Below the pieces are notes generated by a model, which had not been told where the DNA came from, made no database searches, and saw only the letters and a list, made by a program, of their open reading frames with translations. 64,000 bases of DNA from positions 572,000 to 635,999 of the forward strand of contig NZ_OZ241747.1 of the NCBI RefSeq assembly GCF_965201005.1. The letters run 5' to 3'. The position numbers and the translations under genes were made by a program. This document shows positions 27,269-36,249 of this stretch, piece by piece; the first letter of the stretch is position 1, and every line of letters begins with the position of its first letter. This DNA comes from Mucilaginibacter sp. (GTDB taxonomy: Bacteria > Bacteroidota > Bacteroidia > Sphingobacteriales > Sphingobacteriaceae).

Positions 27269-29104
27269 ATGAAATTTAGAAGGTTACGCCGCAGATTTAA
27301 AAAATTACGCCGTAAAAAATGGTTCAAAAGGCTGGTTTTGCCTTTGTTTGTGCTGCTGTTTTTTACGCTGATAATTGCGCTGGCCATCAATATTTACTTC
27401 TCGCCGGTTTTGTCCAATCAGCTAAAAAAAACGGTTTTTAAGTGGGGAAACGGTTTGTATCAGATTGATTTTGAGAGAAGTAGCCTGCATGTGTTGGCCG
27501 GCCGCATTGTGATCGATCACCTCAGCCTGAAACCCGACACGGCTGTTTTTGACCGGCTAAAAAAAGCAGGCAAAGCACCAAATAATCTGTACACGCTTTC
27601 GGTTGACAGGATAGTTTTTAAACATATCCATCCGTTTAAACTGTATTTTAAAAAGGAGTTTGAGGTAGATGAAATTTCCGTCAGCAAACCAAATGTGCAG
27701 GTTTTTTACCAAGATCTGCACCAGCCGGAACGCATCAAAAACGATCCGAAAACGATTTACCAGGAAATTGCAGGCACGCTGAAATCGATCCATGTTGGCC
27801 GGATTTTGGCGGATAACATCAGTTTGCGTTATCAGGAAAAAACCGCTGGCGGGACACGCATCCGGCATCTGCAGAAAATCAACCTGAAAGCAAGCGATTT
27901 TCTGATTGATCAAAGCAGCCAGTTGGATCAAAAACGTTTTAATTTTTGCCGGGACATTACCGCTTCCATCAGCGATTATGCACTGCAGACTGAAAACCAT
28001 CAGCATGAATTTACGGCCAAATCAGTCACGTTTTCCAGTTCAAAAGCAAGCGTGAAACTAATTGATGCTGTTTTTATGCCGGTAAAAACAGCATCGCCAA
28101 CGCCAGATCAGCGGCGGCGCGAACTGCAGATGGAAAGTGATTCGGTGTGTATCAATCACTTTGATTATCAGCAATTTATTTCAAACAGAAAAATAAAAGC
28201 TTCGGATGTAACCGTTTTTGGCCGAAAAATAAGCTTCTTTTATAACCGAAATTTGCCCCGCCCTGAAAAACCTGCGGGTGCGGCCAAAACCGGTTTGTAC
28301 AAACTATTGAAAAGCGTGCATCGGGACATCAACATCCAAACCATCAATTTTAAAAACGTGGAAGTGGTTTATGCAGAGATCAGTGCCAAAACCAAGCTGC
28401 TCGGCGTGATAACTTTTGAAAACTTGAACGGTTCCATCAGCAATTTCCTTACCGGAAACGATCCGCTGCAGGCCAACCGCAACATAACGGCCAGTTTAAC
28501 GGCCAACTTGATGGGTTACGGCAAACTGAACGCCAATTTGCAGTTTGATGCGGCCAGCCCGGCCAATATTTTATATTATAAAGGCAGTTTGGGCGTGATG
28601 AACTTAGTGAACCTGAACAACGCCACCAAGCCGCTTGGCCTGATCCAGTTTACCAATGGGATTGTGACCAGTTTGGATTTTGATATGCAGGCCGATGCAC
28701 AAAAAGCCATCGGAAAAGTTACCTTTTTGTATAATGATCTGAATGTAATTTTGCTTAAGCAGGACGAGAAAAATGGCTTGCACCGCATGTCGTTTATGTC
28801 GATTTTGGCCAATGCTTTTGTGCTGATCCGCGATAACCCACGCCAGAATGCTGCCGCAAGGGTTGCAGATGTGGTTTATTTGCGGCCGGAAAACACATCT
28901 TATCTGGGTTTGATCTGGCGTTCGGTTTATGCCGGGATCAAAGAATCGATTGGTTTATCCGCGGAAGTTGAGCAAAAACTGCGGCAAAAAGTGGTTGATT
29001 ACAAGCAGAACAAAGAAATACGCAATCAAAAAAAAGCCGGCCGGCAGGAGCGGAGGCGGTTGCGCCGCTTAAAAAGAAACCTAAAAGAAGCACAGGATGA
29101 TTAA
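27269..29104 (+). CDS. membrane-anchored hypothetical protein (basic N-terminus + single TM; possibly AsmA/DUF748-like)
   Basis: Starts MKFRRLRRRFKKLRRKKWFKRLVLPLFVLLFFTLIIALAINIY and has a basic C-terminal tail. The ORF-track start at 27218 is TTG, so ATG 27269 is preferred. The family call is weak. Confidence 0.6.
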   Translation: MKFRRLRRRFKKLRRKKWFKRLVLPLFVLLFFTLIIALAINIYFSPVLSNQLKKTVFKWGNGLYQIDFERSSLHVLAGRIVIDHLSLKPDTAVFDRLKKAGKAPNNLYTLSVDRIVFKHIHPFKLYFKKEFEVDEISVSKPNVQVFYQDLHQPERIKNDPKTIYQEIAGTLKSIHVGRILADNISLRYQEKTAGGTRIRHLQKINLKASDFLIDQSSQLDQKRFNFCRDITASISDYALQTENHQHEFTAKSVTFSSSKASVKLIDAVFMPVKTASPTPDQRRRELQMESDSVCINHFDYQQFISNRKIKASDVTVFGRKISFFYNRNLPRPEKPAGAAKTGLYKLLKSVHRDINIQTINFKNVEVVYAEISAKTKLLGVITFENLNGSISNFLTGNDPLQANRNITASLTANLMGYGKLNANLQFDAASPANILYYKGSLGVMNLVNLNNATKPLGLIQFTNGIVTSLDFDMQADAQKAIGKVTFLYNDLNVILLKQDEKNGLHRMSFMSILANAFVLIRDNPRQNAAARVADVVYLRPENTSYLGLIWRSVYAGIKESIGLSAEVEQKLRQKVVDYKQNKEIRNQKKAGRQERRRLRRLKRNLKEAQDD

Positions 29105-29121
29105 CCGATGCTTCTTTTAGG
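29080..29121 (+). terminator. repeat-family hairpin (R...L) enclosing the stop codon of 27269..29104
   Basis: CCTAAAAGAAGCA-16 nt-TGCTTCTTTTAGG is a 13-bp stem. The TAA stop (29102-29104) lies in the loop, and TATGCTTTTTTG follows the stem. Confidence 0.65.
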
Positions 29122-29232
29122 TATGCTTTTTTGTTGCCATGCCGAAATTTATTTGGCATCCCACGAGCAAATCCGCTACTTTTTACGAGATCCTGAAACA
29201 AGTTCAGGATGACAATCTAAGTTCAGGATAAC

Positions 29233-29258
29233 AAAATTTTGTCGGTAAAAACAGTATC
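29233..29258. repeat. solo B-type arm downstream of ilvE
   Basis: The sequence is AAAATTTTGTCGGTAAAAACAGTATC. Confidence 0.75.
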
Positions 29259-29276
29259 CGAAATCAAGACAAAACT

Positions 29277-30344
29277 TTACACGATATAATTCCAGCCGTT
29301 TGTGTCTTCTGTTCGGCCGTATTTTATATCATCCAGCGTGCGGCGCAATTTGGCGGCAATTGCCGCTTTTGCCGGATCAGGAAGTGTATAGATTTTCCCT
29401 TCAAAACCAATTTCTGCAATAGGCGTGATGGTTGCTGCCGTGCCTACGCCAAAAGCTTCGGTCAGTTTTCCGGTTTTGATACCGTCCAAAACTTCGGCAA
29501 CGGCCACGCGGCGTTCTTCTACCGGCATGTTCCAGCTTCGGGCAAGTTCTAAAATACTATCGCGCGTAACGCCTTTTAAAATCGTATCGCGTGTGGATGG
29601 CGTAACCAATTTCCCATCTAAAACAAAAATAATATTTGCCGCGCCGAGTTCTTCCACATAAGCATGTTCGCGGGAATCGGTCCAGATGATCTGATCAAAA
29701 CCTTCTTCGGCCGCTTTTTTGGCCGGCAAAAGCGAACCGCCATAATTTCCGGCAGCTTTTGCAAAACCGAAACCGCCATCGCTGGCACGCGAATATCCGG
29801 TTTCCACTTTCACTTTTAAATACTTGGAAAAATAAGGGCCAACCGGGCAAGTCATCACGCAAAATTTGTAACTTGATGACGGGTGCACGCCCAGTGCCGC
29901 TTCGGTGGCAAACATAAACGGACGGATGTACAGCGCGTGGTTTTCCTGCTCCGGGATCCATTGACGGTCAGCTTCCACCAGCGCGGCAATGCTTTGGATG
30001 AACAAATCTTCGGGAAGTTGCGGCATACACAAACGCTCGGCGGATTTGTTAAAACGCTCGGCATTTTTGTTTGGTCGGAAGATGGAAACCTGTCCGTTTT
30101 GAAGTTTATAAGCTTTTAAGCCTTCAAAAAAAGCCTGGCCGTAATGCAGTGCAGAAATTGCAGGGCTTAATTTCAGTTCGCCATAAGGTAAAATCTCAAA
30201 ATTCTGCCATTGTCCGTTTTTGTAATCGGCCACCAGCATGTGGTCGCTAAAAGTTTGTCCGAAAACCAAATTGCCATAATCTGTTTCTGCCAGGCGGGAA
30301 TTTTCTATTTTGCTGATTTTAATGTCGAGCGTATCTGTAACCAT
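29277..30344 (-). CDS. ilvE: branched-chain amino acid aminotransferase
   Basis: Fold-type IV PLP enzyme pattern (YGQAFFEGLKAY, IRPF..ATEAALGV, GNYGGSL, VEELGAANIF, TPS...ILKGVTRDS). The start is taken at ATG 30344 (MVTDTL...). Confidence 0.85.
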   Translation of the reverse strand: MVTDTLDIKISKIENSRLAETDYGNLVFGQTFSDHMLVADYKNGQWQNFEILPYGELKLSPAISALHYGQAFFEGLKAYKLQNGQVSIFRPNKNAERFNKSAERLCMPQLPEDLFIQSIAALVEADRQWIPEQENHALYIRPFMFATEAALGVHPSSSYKFCVMTCPVGPYFSKYLKVKVETGYSRASDGGFGFAKAAGNYGGSLLPAKKAAEEGFDQIIWTDSREHAYVEELGAANIIFVLDGKLVTPSTRDTILKGVTRDSILELARSWNMPVEERRVAVAEVLDGIKTGKLTEAFGVGTAATITPIAEIGFEGKIYTLPDPAKAAIAAKLRRTLDDIKYGRTEDTNGWNYIV

Positions 30345-30360
30345 GATGCTGTTTTTATAG
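30345..30360. repeat. B-type arm directly abutting the ilvE start codon
   Basis: The + strand reads GATGCTGTTTTTATAG. On the gene strand this is CTATAAAAACAGCATC followed immediately by ATG. Confidence 0.75.
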
Positions 30361-30585
30361 ATATAAATGTGGTGCAATTTACTATTTTTGTTTATCTTCT
30401 TTAAAAGTCATCCTAATGAGTTTTATGTACTATCGAGCAAAAAACTGTAACAAAATCGAACGCTTTTGTTCATAATCGAACATAATCAGATTTGCAAATT
30501 ATTGATTATAAACTCATTAGCTGTTGGCTTAAAATGTGCCATTGACAAGTCATACATCATTAATAAAGTTTTTAAAAGCCTTGTC

Positions 30586-32964
30586 ATGACTAAATTAGAT
30601 TTCAAAATCGCATTGCGCACTTTTTTAAAAAGCAAATGGTATAATTTTTTAAATCTAACCGGATTAGCAGTTGGTTTGGCCGCATTCATTTTAGTTACCT
30701 TGTACGTTGATCATGAAACCAGTTATGACCAGTGGAACAAAAACATCGACCGTATTTTTTTAGTTGAGAGGGAAATGCCAACCGGCCCATCACCTTACAC
30801 ACCAGGAAAACTTGCAGCTGCCATAAAAAGCCAGTGTCCGGAAGTTGAAGAAACAGGAAGGACAAACACAGCCTTGTTTCAAATTCCATTTTATACTGCA
30901 TCAGGAAGATTTCTGATCAAAAAATGGGTTGGCGCAGACTATTCAATTGCTAAAATATTAGGTGTTAAACCTAAAAGGTTCAATTTGAATCCGAACAGCA
31001 CAACACCAACTATTTTACTGTCAAAGCAAACCGCTAACGTACTCTTTCCTGCTGGGAAATCTGTTCAGAATCAGACCGTAAACATGCTTTCAAAGTCTGG
31101 GATGCCGATGATGATTGCTGGAGTAGCTGAAGATGCGCCTGGAAATACGAACCTAAACTTTGATTGTATTGGGTTTGCTGAAGATATTACTTCAGGGAAA
31201 GACCAAAGTTATGCAAACCAGGTTTATCAAACTTATTTATTGGTAAAACCTAACACGGATATCAAGCTGCTTTCCAAAAAAATCGATCAGATTTACAAAG
31301 AAGGCGTGATGGCAGATACGAGCCAGGTTGCTAAGGAAGCATTAAGCCGATCCGGAGCAGCTATCTATTTGGACCCTTTAAAAAACCTGCATTTAAAACC
31401 TCATTATGGTTCTTCTGTAAATAATCAGCTGGTAGATGGCCTGATCGTTCTGGCGATGATTATATTGATTGTAACTGGCGTTAATTTTACAAACTTGTAT
31501 ATTTCTCAGGCTAATAAACGTTCAAAAGAAGTGGGGATTAAAAAAGTTAACGGCATTATCAAACGGCAAATTGCTTTTCAGTTTCTGTCCGAAATATTTA
31601 TTCAATGTTTGATTGCTTTAGTTGTTTCTTTTGGAATCGTTGTCATTGGTTTACCTTATTTTAATCATTTGTTACAAGTCAACCTATTTATTTCAGGCAT
31701 CAGCTTCCACATTATATTCCAGCTGTTCCTTACCTTAATCACACTTACTTTACTGGCCGGAATTTACCCGTCGTTAGTGATGACAGGATTTAAACCGGTT
31801 GAGGTTTTTAGAGGAAACCAGCTTTTGGAAGGTGGTAAGTTTTCCTGGATACGAAGTTCAATCACCATATTTCAGTTCACCTTTGCTATTGTTTTTGTGA
31901 TAACCTTGATTGTTATCAATCAGCAGATCACGTATATGAAAACTGAAAATCCTGGTTTTACAGCCAAACAGGTTATTTACATAGATAACCTCGCCCTGTT
32001 TAATCATCCAAGCAAATTTGAACCCGTACGAAACCGCATAAAAGCTATACCTGGTGTAAAAAATGTTACTATTGCTTCTAATATTCCCGGCGGCAACCTC
32101 CCAACTACTTACGAATATGCTGTTCAGGGCAAAGCATTTGCCATGAATACGATTAGTGTGGATTATGGATATTTTGAAACCTTAAATATCGGATTAAAAG
32201 AAGGACATGTTTTTTCCTCGTCTTTTCCGGGAGACTCTGCAAATGCAATCATTAATGAGGCCGCAGCAAAGGCAATGGATTTGAAGCAACCTATTGGTAA
32301 GAACGTAAACGGAAAGGGAGGAAATTATAGCATAGTAGGTGTAGTTAAAGATGTGAAAGCCTACGGATTTGAGCAGAACATTCAGCCAACGATTTATTTG
32401 ATGAACGATCCGGGCGGATTTTCTAAACTACAAATTATGTTTAGTGCCGAAGGTAAAGCTATACCATCAATTCTCAGTACTTTAAGCCATCAGTGGCATG
32501 ACATCAATAAACTTGATGGCGATAGTTTCAGCTATCATTTTCTGGATGAATTGTATGGACAGCTTTTTGTAAAACAGGAACAATTGCAAACGATACTGAC
32601 CTGTTTTTCGGTGCTGGCCATATTTATTGCTTCGCTTGGCCTTTTTTCTACGGCAGCACACACTATTGCACTGCGTATGAAAGAAATTGCCATCCGAAAA
32701 GTGCTGGGTGCAAATGGAGAACAGTTGATGATAACGTTTAGCAAATCGTTTTTTTATACGGTTTTTATTGCCAATGTTATTGCATGGCCGGTTTCTTTTT
32801 TGGTTGCACAAAAGTGGCTCGAAACTTTTGCTTACCGAATTCATTTTTCTGTAATGCTTTTTGTAACAGCGATGACAATTTCTGTTGCAATTGTTATTTT
32901 AACGGTGTGTTTACAGGTGCTCAGGGCTGTGCGGTTTAATCCGGCCACTAAATTAAATGTATAA
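30586..32964 (+). CDS. ABC transporter permease, MacB/FtsX family (two FtsX domains)
   Basis: Starts MTKLDFKIALRTFLKSKWYNFLNLTGLAVGLAAFIL. It has two 4-TM FtsX-type blocks separated by a large periplasmic domain. The start is taken at ATG 30586. Confidence 0.8.
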   Translation: MTKLDFKIALRTFLKSKWYNFLNLTGLAVGLAAFILVTLYVDHETSYDQWNKNIDRIFLVEREMPTGPSPYTPGKLAAAIKSQCPEVEETGRTNTALFQIPFYTASGRFLIKKWVGADYSIAKILGVKPKRFNLNPNSTTPTILLSKQTANVLFPAGKSVQNQTVNMLSKSGMPMMIAGVAEDAPGNTNLNFDCIGFAEDITSGKDQSYANQVYQTYLLVKPNTDIKLLSKKIDQIYKEGVMADTSQVAKEALSRSGAAIYLDPLKNLHLKPHYGSSVNNQLVDGLIVLAMIILIVTGVNFTNLYISQANKRSKEVGIKKVNGIIKRQIAFQFLSEIFIQCLIALVVSFGIVVIGLPYFNHLLQVNLFISGISFHIIFQLFLTLITLTLLAGIYPSLVMTGFKPVEVFRGNQLLEGGKFSWIRSSITIFQFTFAIVFVITLIVINQQITYMKTENPGFTAKQVIYIDNLALFNHPSKFEPVRNRIKAIPGVKNVTIASNIPGGNLPTTYEYAVQGKAFAMNTISVDYGYFETLNIGLKEGHVFSSSFPGDSANAIINEAAAKAMDLKQPIGKNVNGKGGNYSIVGVVKDVKAYGFEQNIQPTIYLMNDPGGFSKLQIMFSAEGKAIPSILSTLSHQWHDINKLDGDSFSYHFLDELYGQLFVKQEQLQTILTCFSVLAIFIASLGLFSTAAHTIALRMKEIAIRKVLGANGEQLMITFSKSFFYTVFIANVIAWPVSFLVAQKWLETFAYRIHFSVMLFVTAMTISVAIVILTVCLQVLRAVRFNPATKLNV

Positions 32965-32993
32965 ACTATATCAGCTTGTTCAAATTAGTTTCT

Positions 32994-33085
32994 ATGCTTC
33001 TTTTATCACCTAAAAAACAAAATTTATTATCTTTTGAGATAATCATTAACCTGAAAGAACAAAAATACTGGCATAAAAGAAGCAT
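32994..33085. repeat. ATGCTTCTTTTA-family palindromic element (L...R, 92 bp)
   Basis: The arms are ATGCTTCTTTTATCACCTAAAAAAC... and ...ACTGGCATAAAAGAAGCAT. An outer-arm-like CTTAAACAGGC sits 21 nt downstream (33107-33117). Confidence 0.85.
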
Positions 33086-33203
33086 TACAACTCTATCTAG
33101 TATAAACTTAAACAGGCCATCAGTATAGTTGCAAGTGTTTGTGGTTAAGCGGTAAAACTTTTCAGGCTAAAAAACCTTAATTTGCAGCATCAACATAAAT
33201 TTT

Positions 33204-33677
33204 ATGGAATTTAAAAAGATTTTGATCGGGATTGATGACAGCCACCAATCAGAAAAAGCCGCGGCTTACGGTTTTGCGCTGGCCAAATTGCTTGGGGCAG
33301 AAGTAGGTTTGGTGGAAGTGATCGAGCCGATGATTGTGCCGCCTTTAAGCACCGGGATCGTGGGCGGCGAAATGGACATGCTGAACAACCTGCCGCCGGT
33401 ACAGGTGATGAACGCACAGGATGCTTCGGCCAAAAACGTAATGCAGCATTATGTGATGCAATACCGTGCAGAACACAACATTACGCAGTTTTTGGAAACC
33501 GGTGATGCGGCAACTGTAGTGGTAGATACGGCCCTGAAATTTCAGGCGGATTTGATTGTGGTCGGCTCACACGCGCGTACGGGTTTTAGCCGGTTTTTTA
33601 CGGGGAGCGTGTCCGAAGATGTAGCGCGCCACACCGAAATCCCGGTGCTGGTAGTGCCGATGAAGGACAAAGATTAG
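33204..33677 (+). CDS. universal stress protein (UspA family)
   Basis: 157 aa with KKILIGIDDS...ADLIVVGSHARTGFSRFFTGSVSEDVARHTEIPVLVV. Confidence 0.85.
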   Translation: MEFKKILIGIDDSHQSEKAAAYGFALAKLLGAEVGLVEVIEPMIVPPLSTGIVGGEMDMLNNLPPVQVMNAQDASAKNVMQHYVMQYRAEHNITQFLETGDAATVVVDTALKFQADLIVVGSHARTGFSRFFTGSVSEDVARHTEIPVLVVPMKDKD

Positions 33678-33761
33678 GCGGTAAAAACAGCATTCCGTCA
33701 TTTCGGGCAGAGGGAAAAATTTTATTAAAGCAGCCTGATTTTAGGTGGATAAAAGAAGTAT
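33677..33761. repeat. two same-orientation repeat-family arms (B-type, then A-type with C->T)
   Basis: GGCGGTAAAAACAGCAT is at 33677-33693 and GATTTTAGGTGGATAAAAGAAGTAT is at 33737-33761. Confidence 0.75.
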
Positions 33762-33835
33762 TGTTTTGCGGAAAATCTTTTGACAGGCCGAGGATGACAA
33801 AGGGTAAACTTTAGACAGAACGCTAAACAGGTACA

Positions 33836-33933
33836 ACGGTGGTGCAGCTCTCGCGTGAGGGATTGCAGTGGAAAGCCCGCAGCGCAGCGAGGACTTGGAA
33901 CGTAAAGCCCGACCGGCCCAAGCCGGGCACGCC
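33836..33933. other. GC-rich island of unknown nature in an AT-rich intergenic region
   Basis: The sequence is AACGGTGGTGCAGCTCTCGCGTGAGGGATTGCAGTGGAAAGCCCGCAGCGCAGCGAGGACTTGGAACGTAAAGCCCGACCGGCCCAAGCCGGGCACGCCC. AAAGCCCG occurs twice and there is a small CCGGC-CCAA-GCCGG hairpin. There is no usable ORF and no tRNA features. Confidence 0.5.
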
Positions 33934-34021
33934 CAAATTATTTTATTGAAAAGAGCAGGGAAGTTTAAAAAATAATAGTTTGAAAAAGGAGCGAGGGAAC
34001 GGTTTACGGATATTAAAATCA

Positions 34022-34067
34022 GATGCTTCTTTTAGCAGGTAAATTTTAAGGCGATAAAAGAAGCATC
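34022..34067. repeat. minimal ATGCTTCTTTTA-family element (46 bp) just after the stop of 34071..35381
   Basis: The sequence is GATGCTTCTTTTAGCAGGTAAATTTTAAGGCGATAAAAGAAGCATC. It probably acts as the 3' hairpin of the minus-strand gene. Confidence 0.85.
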
Positions 34068-34070
34068 TAA

Positions 34071-35381
34071 TCAATACAATAACCTGAACCTGATGGTGTG
34101 CTCAATCTGTTTCAATTCTGTTAAAACCTGCTGGCCGTAACCGGCGTTTACATCTGTGATCACGTAGCCGATTTGGGCGTTGGTCACCAAAAATTCGCCT
34201 ACGATATTAATCTGATGGCGGGCAAAAACGTCGTTGATTTTGGCCAGGATGCCGGGCACGTTTTTGTGGATATGGATCAACCGGTGTGCATTGTTGATGC
34301 GTGGCGGCTGCAGATCGGGGAAGTTGGTGCTGGTATGCGTTTTGCCTTCGTTCATAAAATCCATCACGCGTTTCGGGATAAAATCAATGTTGTGCGGGTT
34401 GTGCTTTACGTCATCAAATATAATAATGCCTTTTCCGCAGGCAAATTCGGCTGTTTTGCGGTTTATTTTTCCAAAACAACCAATTACTTTTAAGCGTCCG
34501 GCGTTTTCCATTTGCGCTTCGGTTGGCTGGGTTTCTTCATCGCAAAACAAAATCCCGGCTTCTTCCAGATACTTTTTTTCGATTTTTGGCCGGATGCGGA
34601 TGTTGTAACCTTCTTTGGCCAGTTGCACCACGGCTTCATCGGCCACATCGCCGGTAACCAAACATTTGATGCGGTTTTTGGGGTAAGAAATGGCACGCGG
34701 AAACTTGTTGATGTACAAAAACTCGTCAAAACTCGGCGTTACGTAATCTGCTTTTTCGATGATGGTTTTGCGTTCGATGTTCTCCGTATAAGCAAAAAAC
34801 TTTTTGATCAGGCCGTATTCTTTCAGCTGGAAATCAGAATGGCCGTCGCCGATACCAAAAATTTCGCCCTGTAAATTTAGTCCGCGCAGCAGTTTTACTT
34901 TGCCGCCTTCCTGCGAAAGCGGGTTGGTTTGATCGTAACCTGTGATGTTTCCCTGCTCATCAAACACAAAAGTATTGGCATAAATATTTTCTGTTTTGAT
35001 GTAATATTTAGAAACCACGGGAATGATAAATTCTTTAAAACCACCGGAAACGATCAAAACTTCATCGCTGTGTTCTTTAAAAAACTGGCGGTTGCGGGAA
35101 AAAGAGGCCGACACTTTTTTGCGCAGATGTTTCACTAATAAATCCAGATGACCGCGGTTGGCCTGCAGCAATTTTACGCGCTGTGATAAACTTTCGGTGA
35201 ACGACAGGCGGCCTTCCATGGCGGCGTTGGTTAAATCTTCAATCTGTTTATAAACTTTTTCGCGTTCGGGATGATTTTTTAAAGAAATGCGCACCAGTTC
35301 GTCCAATGCTTCAACTTGGGTGAATGTGCTGTCAAAATCTATGATAAAGTATTGGGGCATGAGTTTGGGAGGTTTGAGCAA
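34071..35381 (-). CDS. HAD-IB phosphoserine-phosphatase-like domain fused to a truncated 2-hydroxyacid-dehydrogenase-like/ACT region
   Basis: HAD motif I is FIIDFDSTFT, and further HAD motifs are LIVSGGFKEF and GDGHSDF. The C-terminus has an ACT-like fold (HRLIHIHKNVPGILAKINDVFA...). The start could instead be Met8 (35360). Confidence 0.7.
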   Translation of the reverse strand: MLKPPKLMPQYFIIDFDSTFTQVEALDELVRISLKNHPEREKVYKQIEDLTNAAMEGRLSFTESLSQRVKLLQANRGHLDLLVKHLRKKVSASFSRNRQFFKEHSDEVLIVSGGFKEFIIPVVSKYYIKTENIYANTFVFDEQGNITGYDQTNPLSQEGGKVKLLRGLNLQGEIFGIGDGHSDFQLKEYGLIKKFFAYTENIERKTIIEKADYVTPSFDEFLYINKFPRAISYPKNRIKCLVTGDVADEAVVQLAKEGYNIRIRPKIEKKYLEEAGILFCDEETQPTEAQMENAGRLKVIGCFGKINRKTAEFACGKGIIIFDDVKHNPHNIDFIPKRVMDFMNEGKTHTSTNFPDLQPPRINNAHRLIHIHKNVPGILAKINDVFARHQINIVGEFLVTNAQIGYVITDVNAGYGQQVLTELKQIEHTIRFRLLY

Positions 35382-35431
35382 TCAGCTTTCGGCAATGAAC
35401 TATGAACTATTAACACTGAGCCATCAACCAA

Positions 35432-35460
35432 ATGCTTCTTTTAGCACTATAAAACTGGTG
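35432..35460. repeat. solo ATGCTTCTTTTA-family arm overlapping the thioesterase stop codon
   Basis: ATGCTTCTTTTAGCACTATAAAACTGGTG; the TAG stop is the complement of 35447-35449. Confidence 0.8.
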
Positions 35461-35836
35461 TCGGTTTTTTGTTTTCATCGATGGCAACAAAAGTAAATTC
35501 GCCATGGATGGCGCGATAGCGTTCTTCGGCATATAGCTGCTCTACATAAATTTCCACCATTACTTTAAGGCTGGTGCGGCCGATATAAATGATGCGGCCA
35601 ACCAGTTCAATAATCGTCCCGGCCGGGATGGGCACTGTAAAATTGATCTTATCTGAAGAAACCGTGACCAGTTTTTTGCGGCAGAACCGCGTGGCAGCCA
35701 TAAACGCAACTTCGTCCATCAGCGCCATCGCCGTGCCGCCAAAAAGCGTATCGTAATGGTTGGTAGTGTTGGGGAATACGGTTTTGAAAACGCGTGTTAC
35801 CGAGTTTTCGATGCGTTCTTCTATGGTCATCTGCAA
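35447..35836 (-). CDS. acyl-CoA thioesterase (hotdog fold)
   Basis: 129 aa with NHYDTLFGGTAMALMDEVAFMAA...VTVSSDKINF. Confidence 0.8.
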   Translation of the reverse strand: MQMTIEERIENSVTRVFKTVFPNTTNHYDTLFGGTAMALMDEVAFMAATRFCRKKLVTVSSDKINFTVPIPAGTIIELVGRIIYIGRTSLKVMVEIYVEQLYAEERYRAIHGEFTFVAIDENKKPTPVL

Positions 35837-35890
35837 AAGTAGCTTTTATGTTGAAAAATTTGTAAAGATGCACTTGGCAGAATTTGCATC

Positions 35891-35904
35891 GGTAAAAACA
35901 GTAT
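35891..35904. repeat. solo B-type arm
   Basis: The sequence is GGTAAAAACAGTAT. Confidence 0.7.
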
Positions 35905-35943
35905 CATGTTTATCAACCACTTGAATTTCATTAAAATAATCAT

Positions 35944-36040
35944 GGTGCTTCTTTTAGCACCAAGAAATTAGTGTTTGCGGCTTGCCCCTTTATCTAAGCA
36001 AACAATGCCGGGCCATTTTTTTAGGTGCTAAAAGAAGCAT
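35944..36040. repeat. ATGCTTCTTTTA-family palindromic element (L...R, 97 bp)
   Basis: The arms are GGTGCTTCTTTTAGCACC... and ...GGTGCTAAAAGAAGCAT, with 16 bp complementary. Confidence 0.85.
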
Positions 36041-36155
36041 CATAAGTTTAATAAAATATGGACAGGTGCCTGTAAAAAAAGTGTTTATTATTATAAATAT
36101 TATTAAATAAACTGTGGTTTAAGGGCCGGGTTAAATTTCTAACGATCAATTTACA

Positions 36156-36249
36156 ATGCTTCTTTTATATCCATAAATTTTGCTTTTGTATTTGTTGCAG
36201 ATTGAAAAATCCCTAAAAACCACCAAAAGTTAGGTGATAAAAGAAGCAT
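36156..36249. repeat. ATGCTTCTTTTA-family palindromic element (L...R, 94 bp)
   Basis: The arms are ATGCTTCTTTTATATCCATAAATTTT... and ...AAACCACCAAAAGTTAGGTGATAAAAGAAGCAT. An outer-arm-like GCCGGGTTAAA sits 20 nt upstream (36125-36135). Confidence 0.85.

Noticed and set aside
33836-33933. A tRNA, tmRNA, SRP RNA or RNase P RNA identity for the GC-rich island.
   Set aside because: There is no cloverleaf-compatible stem set, no GGTTCGAATCC-type T-loop, and none of the conserved boxes of those RNAs that I can recognise. I kept it only as an unexplained feature.
35891-36249. A CRISPR-like reading of the recurring conserved 13-30-mers separated by variable spacers (also at 40873..41101).
   Set aside because: Consecutive repeats are in inverted, not direct, orientation. 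Spacing is irregular (about 20-70 nt within elements and 50-115 nt between them). Copies are scattered over the whole window, including inside CDSs, and no cas genes or leader are present.
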